DNA from: a virus
Taxonomy: Duplodnaviria > Caudoviricetes
IMG/VR virus record: IMGVR_UViG_3300044707_000152
Location: 1-55,433 of that record
Length of the DNA: 55,433 nucleotides
Reading direction: 5' to 3' (one strand)
A program made the translations under genes and the position numbers. A model generated the notes under the pieces. That model saw only the letters and a list, made by a program, of their open reading frames with translations, did not search any database and was not told the origin of the DNA. Positions 54,333-55,433 of the stretch are shown piece by piece (the stretch's first letter is position 1; every line of letters starts with the position of its first letter).

Positions 54333-55433
54333 ATGGCATCAGATCAGCTATATTTCAACAGTTGTGCCGAGATTGACAGTTTCTTCCGCGAGGGCCGCGA
54401 ATATTTCAACGACCTCTACGTCAAGAAGCTCGTCACCAACTCTGCATATTTCACCCGTTTCGAGGAGCAAGCATGGCCTCTTAACCACACAACCGAACAG
54501 AAAGCATTCCGCTTTGGCCGTGGATTCCACGATCCTTGCGCTCCTTTCCGCACGATCACCGACACCTACTGCGAGACTGATTCTTGCGACAGCAAACCCG
54601 AAGTCATTCAGCGTCCCGGCACTGAGAGCTACACTTTTGAGCTTCTCCGTAAAGAGATGACCACTGACTGGATTTGCGTTGAGAGCCTTCTCTATCGCCT
54701 CTTCCCCGCTGAAGAGATTCTTCAGTTCGAGGAGTCGAATGCCCGTATCACCAAGAACGTCCACGAAGAGTTTCTTCGCAGCAACTACATCGGTGGTTCT
54801 GGACACAAATGGATGGGTGTTACCACTGATGACGGAACATACTGCGGACTGGTCGATGACCAATCTTGGTTCGTTCCAGAACACACTCTCAACAACGAAG
54901 CTGGCTACGACCTCTGCGCTCTTCGCGTTAAGATGGCTCCTGCCGACCTCAATAAGATCGCTTATCTCTCGCTTGATATGCTCGACGATGCACTCGTTGA
55001 CCTCCAAGACGAAGATGACGCTTTCCGTCTTGATCTCCAAGACGCGACTGGTCAGCCTTTGCTCGACATCGTTATCCCTGATCCTCAAGTTGGCCGTGCG
55101 CTTTACTTCCAAGCCAAGCGCAACAACGGTTACTGGGATGCTAACACGGACTTCGATGAACGCCTTACCCGTTTGAAACTCGGCATCAATCGTATCATCG
55201 GCGACTACGCCTTCGGTTACGACATCAACGCCGCTCGCTTCAACGCTGACACTGCCTTCAACGCATCGCTTGCAGCTTTCAACGAAGCTGACCCTGCGAC
55301 ATGGGCGCGTCTCGTTCGCGTTCCTCGTTACATCAAGATCGTCCAAGAAAACGGATGCTCCTATGTTCCTAACCGCGCTTACCGCAATGCCGACTTCGGT
55401 ATCTCGGTTGCTATGGTTAACAAAGCAATGTGC
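54333..55433 (+). CDS. Major capsid protein, N-terminal part (runs off the window end into 363-674)
   Basis: ATG at 54333 (MASDQLYFNSCAEIDSFFRE...), open to the end; missed by the ORF track because it has no stop in the window. Confidence 0.8.
   Translation, partial: MASDQLYFNSCAEIDSFFREGREYFNDLYVKKLVTNSAYFTRFEEQAWPLNHTTEQKAFRFGRGFHDPCAPFRTITDTYCETDSCDSKPEVIQRPGTESYTFELLRKEMTTDWICVESLLYRLFPAEEILQFEESNARITKNVHEEFLRSNYIGGSGHKWMGVTTDDGTYCGLVDDQSWFVPEHTLNNEAGYDLCALRVKMAPADLNKIAYLSLDMLDDALVDLQDEDDAFRLDLQDATGQPLLDIVIPDPQVGRALYFQAKRNNGYWDANTDFDERLTRLKLGINRIIGDYAFGYDINAARFNADTAFNASLAAFNEADPATWARLVRVPRYIKIVQENGCSYVPNRAYRNADFGISVAMVNKAMC
55072..55433. repeat. Terminal near-duplicate (right copy) of 1-362
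   Basis: Colinear with the window start; about 18 substitutions. Confidence 0.95.

Noticed and set aside
54348-55346. 332-aa minus-strand ORF shown in the ORF track
   Set aside because: Antisense shadow of the capsid gene; the end-repeat substitutions are synonymous in the plus frame, which also has the leader and operon context
1-55433. Stop-codon reassignment
   Set aside because: Genes tile densely under the standard code, and TAA, TGA and TAG all end credible genes

Overview
The window appears to be a complete, circularly permuted genome (about 55.07 kb unique) of a tailed dsDNA phage with a podovirus-like layout. Bases 1-362 repeat at 55072-55433 with about 18 mostly synonymous differences, splitting the major capsid gene across the ends. 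Modules: head genes (portal, scaffold, capsid; 49.9-55.4 kb and 1-0.7 kb); fibres, tailspikes, lysis, tail tube and internal virion proteins (0.7-26.4 kb); recombination genes plus a minimal 7-deazaguanine DNA-modification cassette, dpdA-like/queF-L/queD (26.6-31.3 kb); and a mostly minus-strand arm with SF2 helicase, small genes, dCMP deaminase, glycosyltransferase, resolvase, DnaB, a lambda-O-like initiator with internal iterons, a PAPS-reductase-like enzyme, and a large terminase divergent from the portal. I saw no DNA polymerase, integrase, tRNA or CRISPR array. The strongest unexplained signal is a 14-bp palindrome, TATCG-[GT][AT][AT][AC]-CGATA, with 19 exact copies found by eye. Copies lie inside and between genes, are mostly co-oriented with transcription, and in three places bracket a gene- or domain-sized module. 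There are also several intergenic multi-hairpin RNA candidates, including a C4-antisense-like leader of the initiator gene. All product calls rest on motif recognition and gene context, not on database searches.
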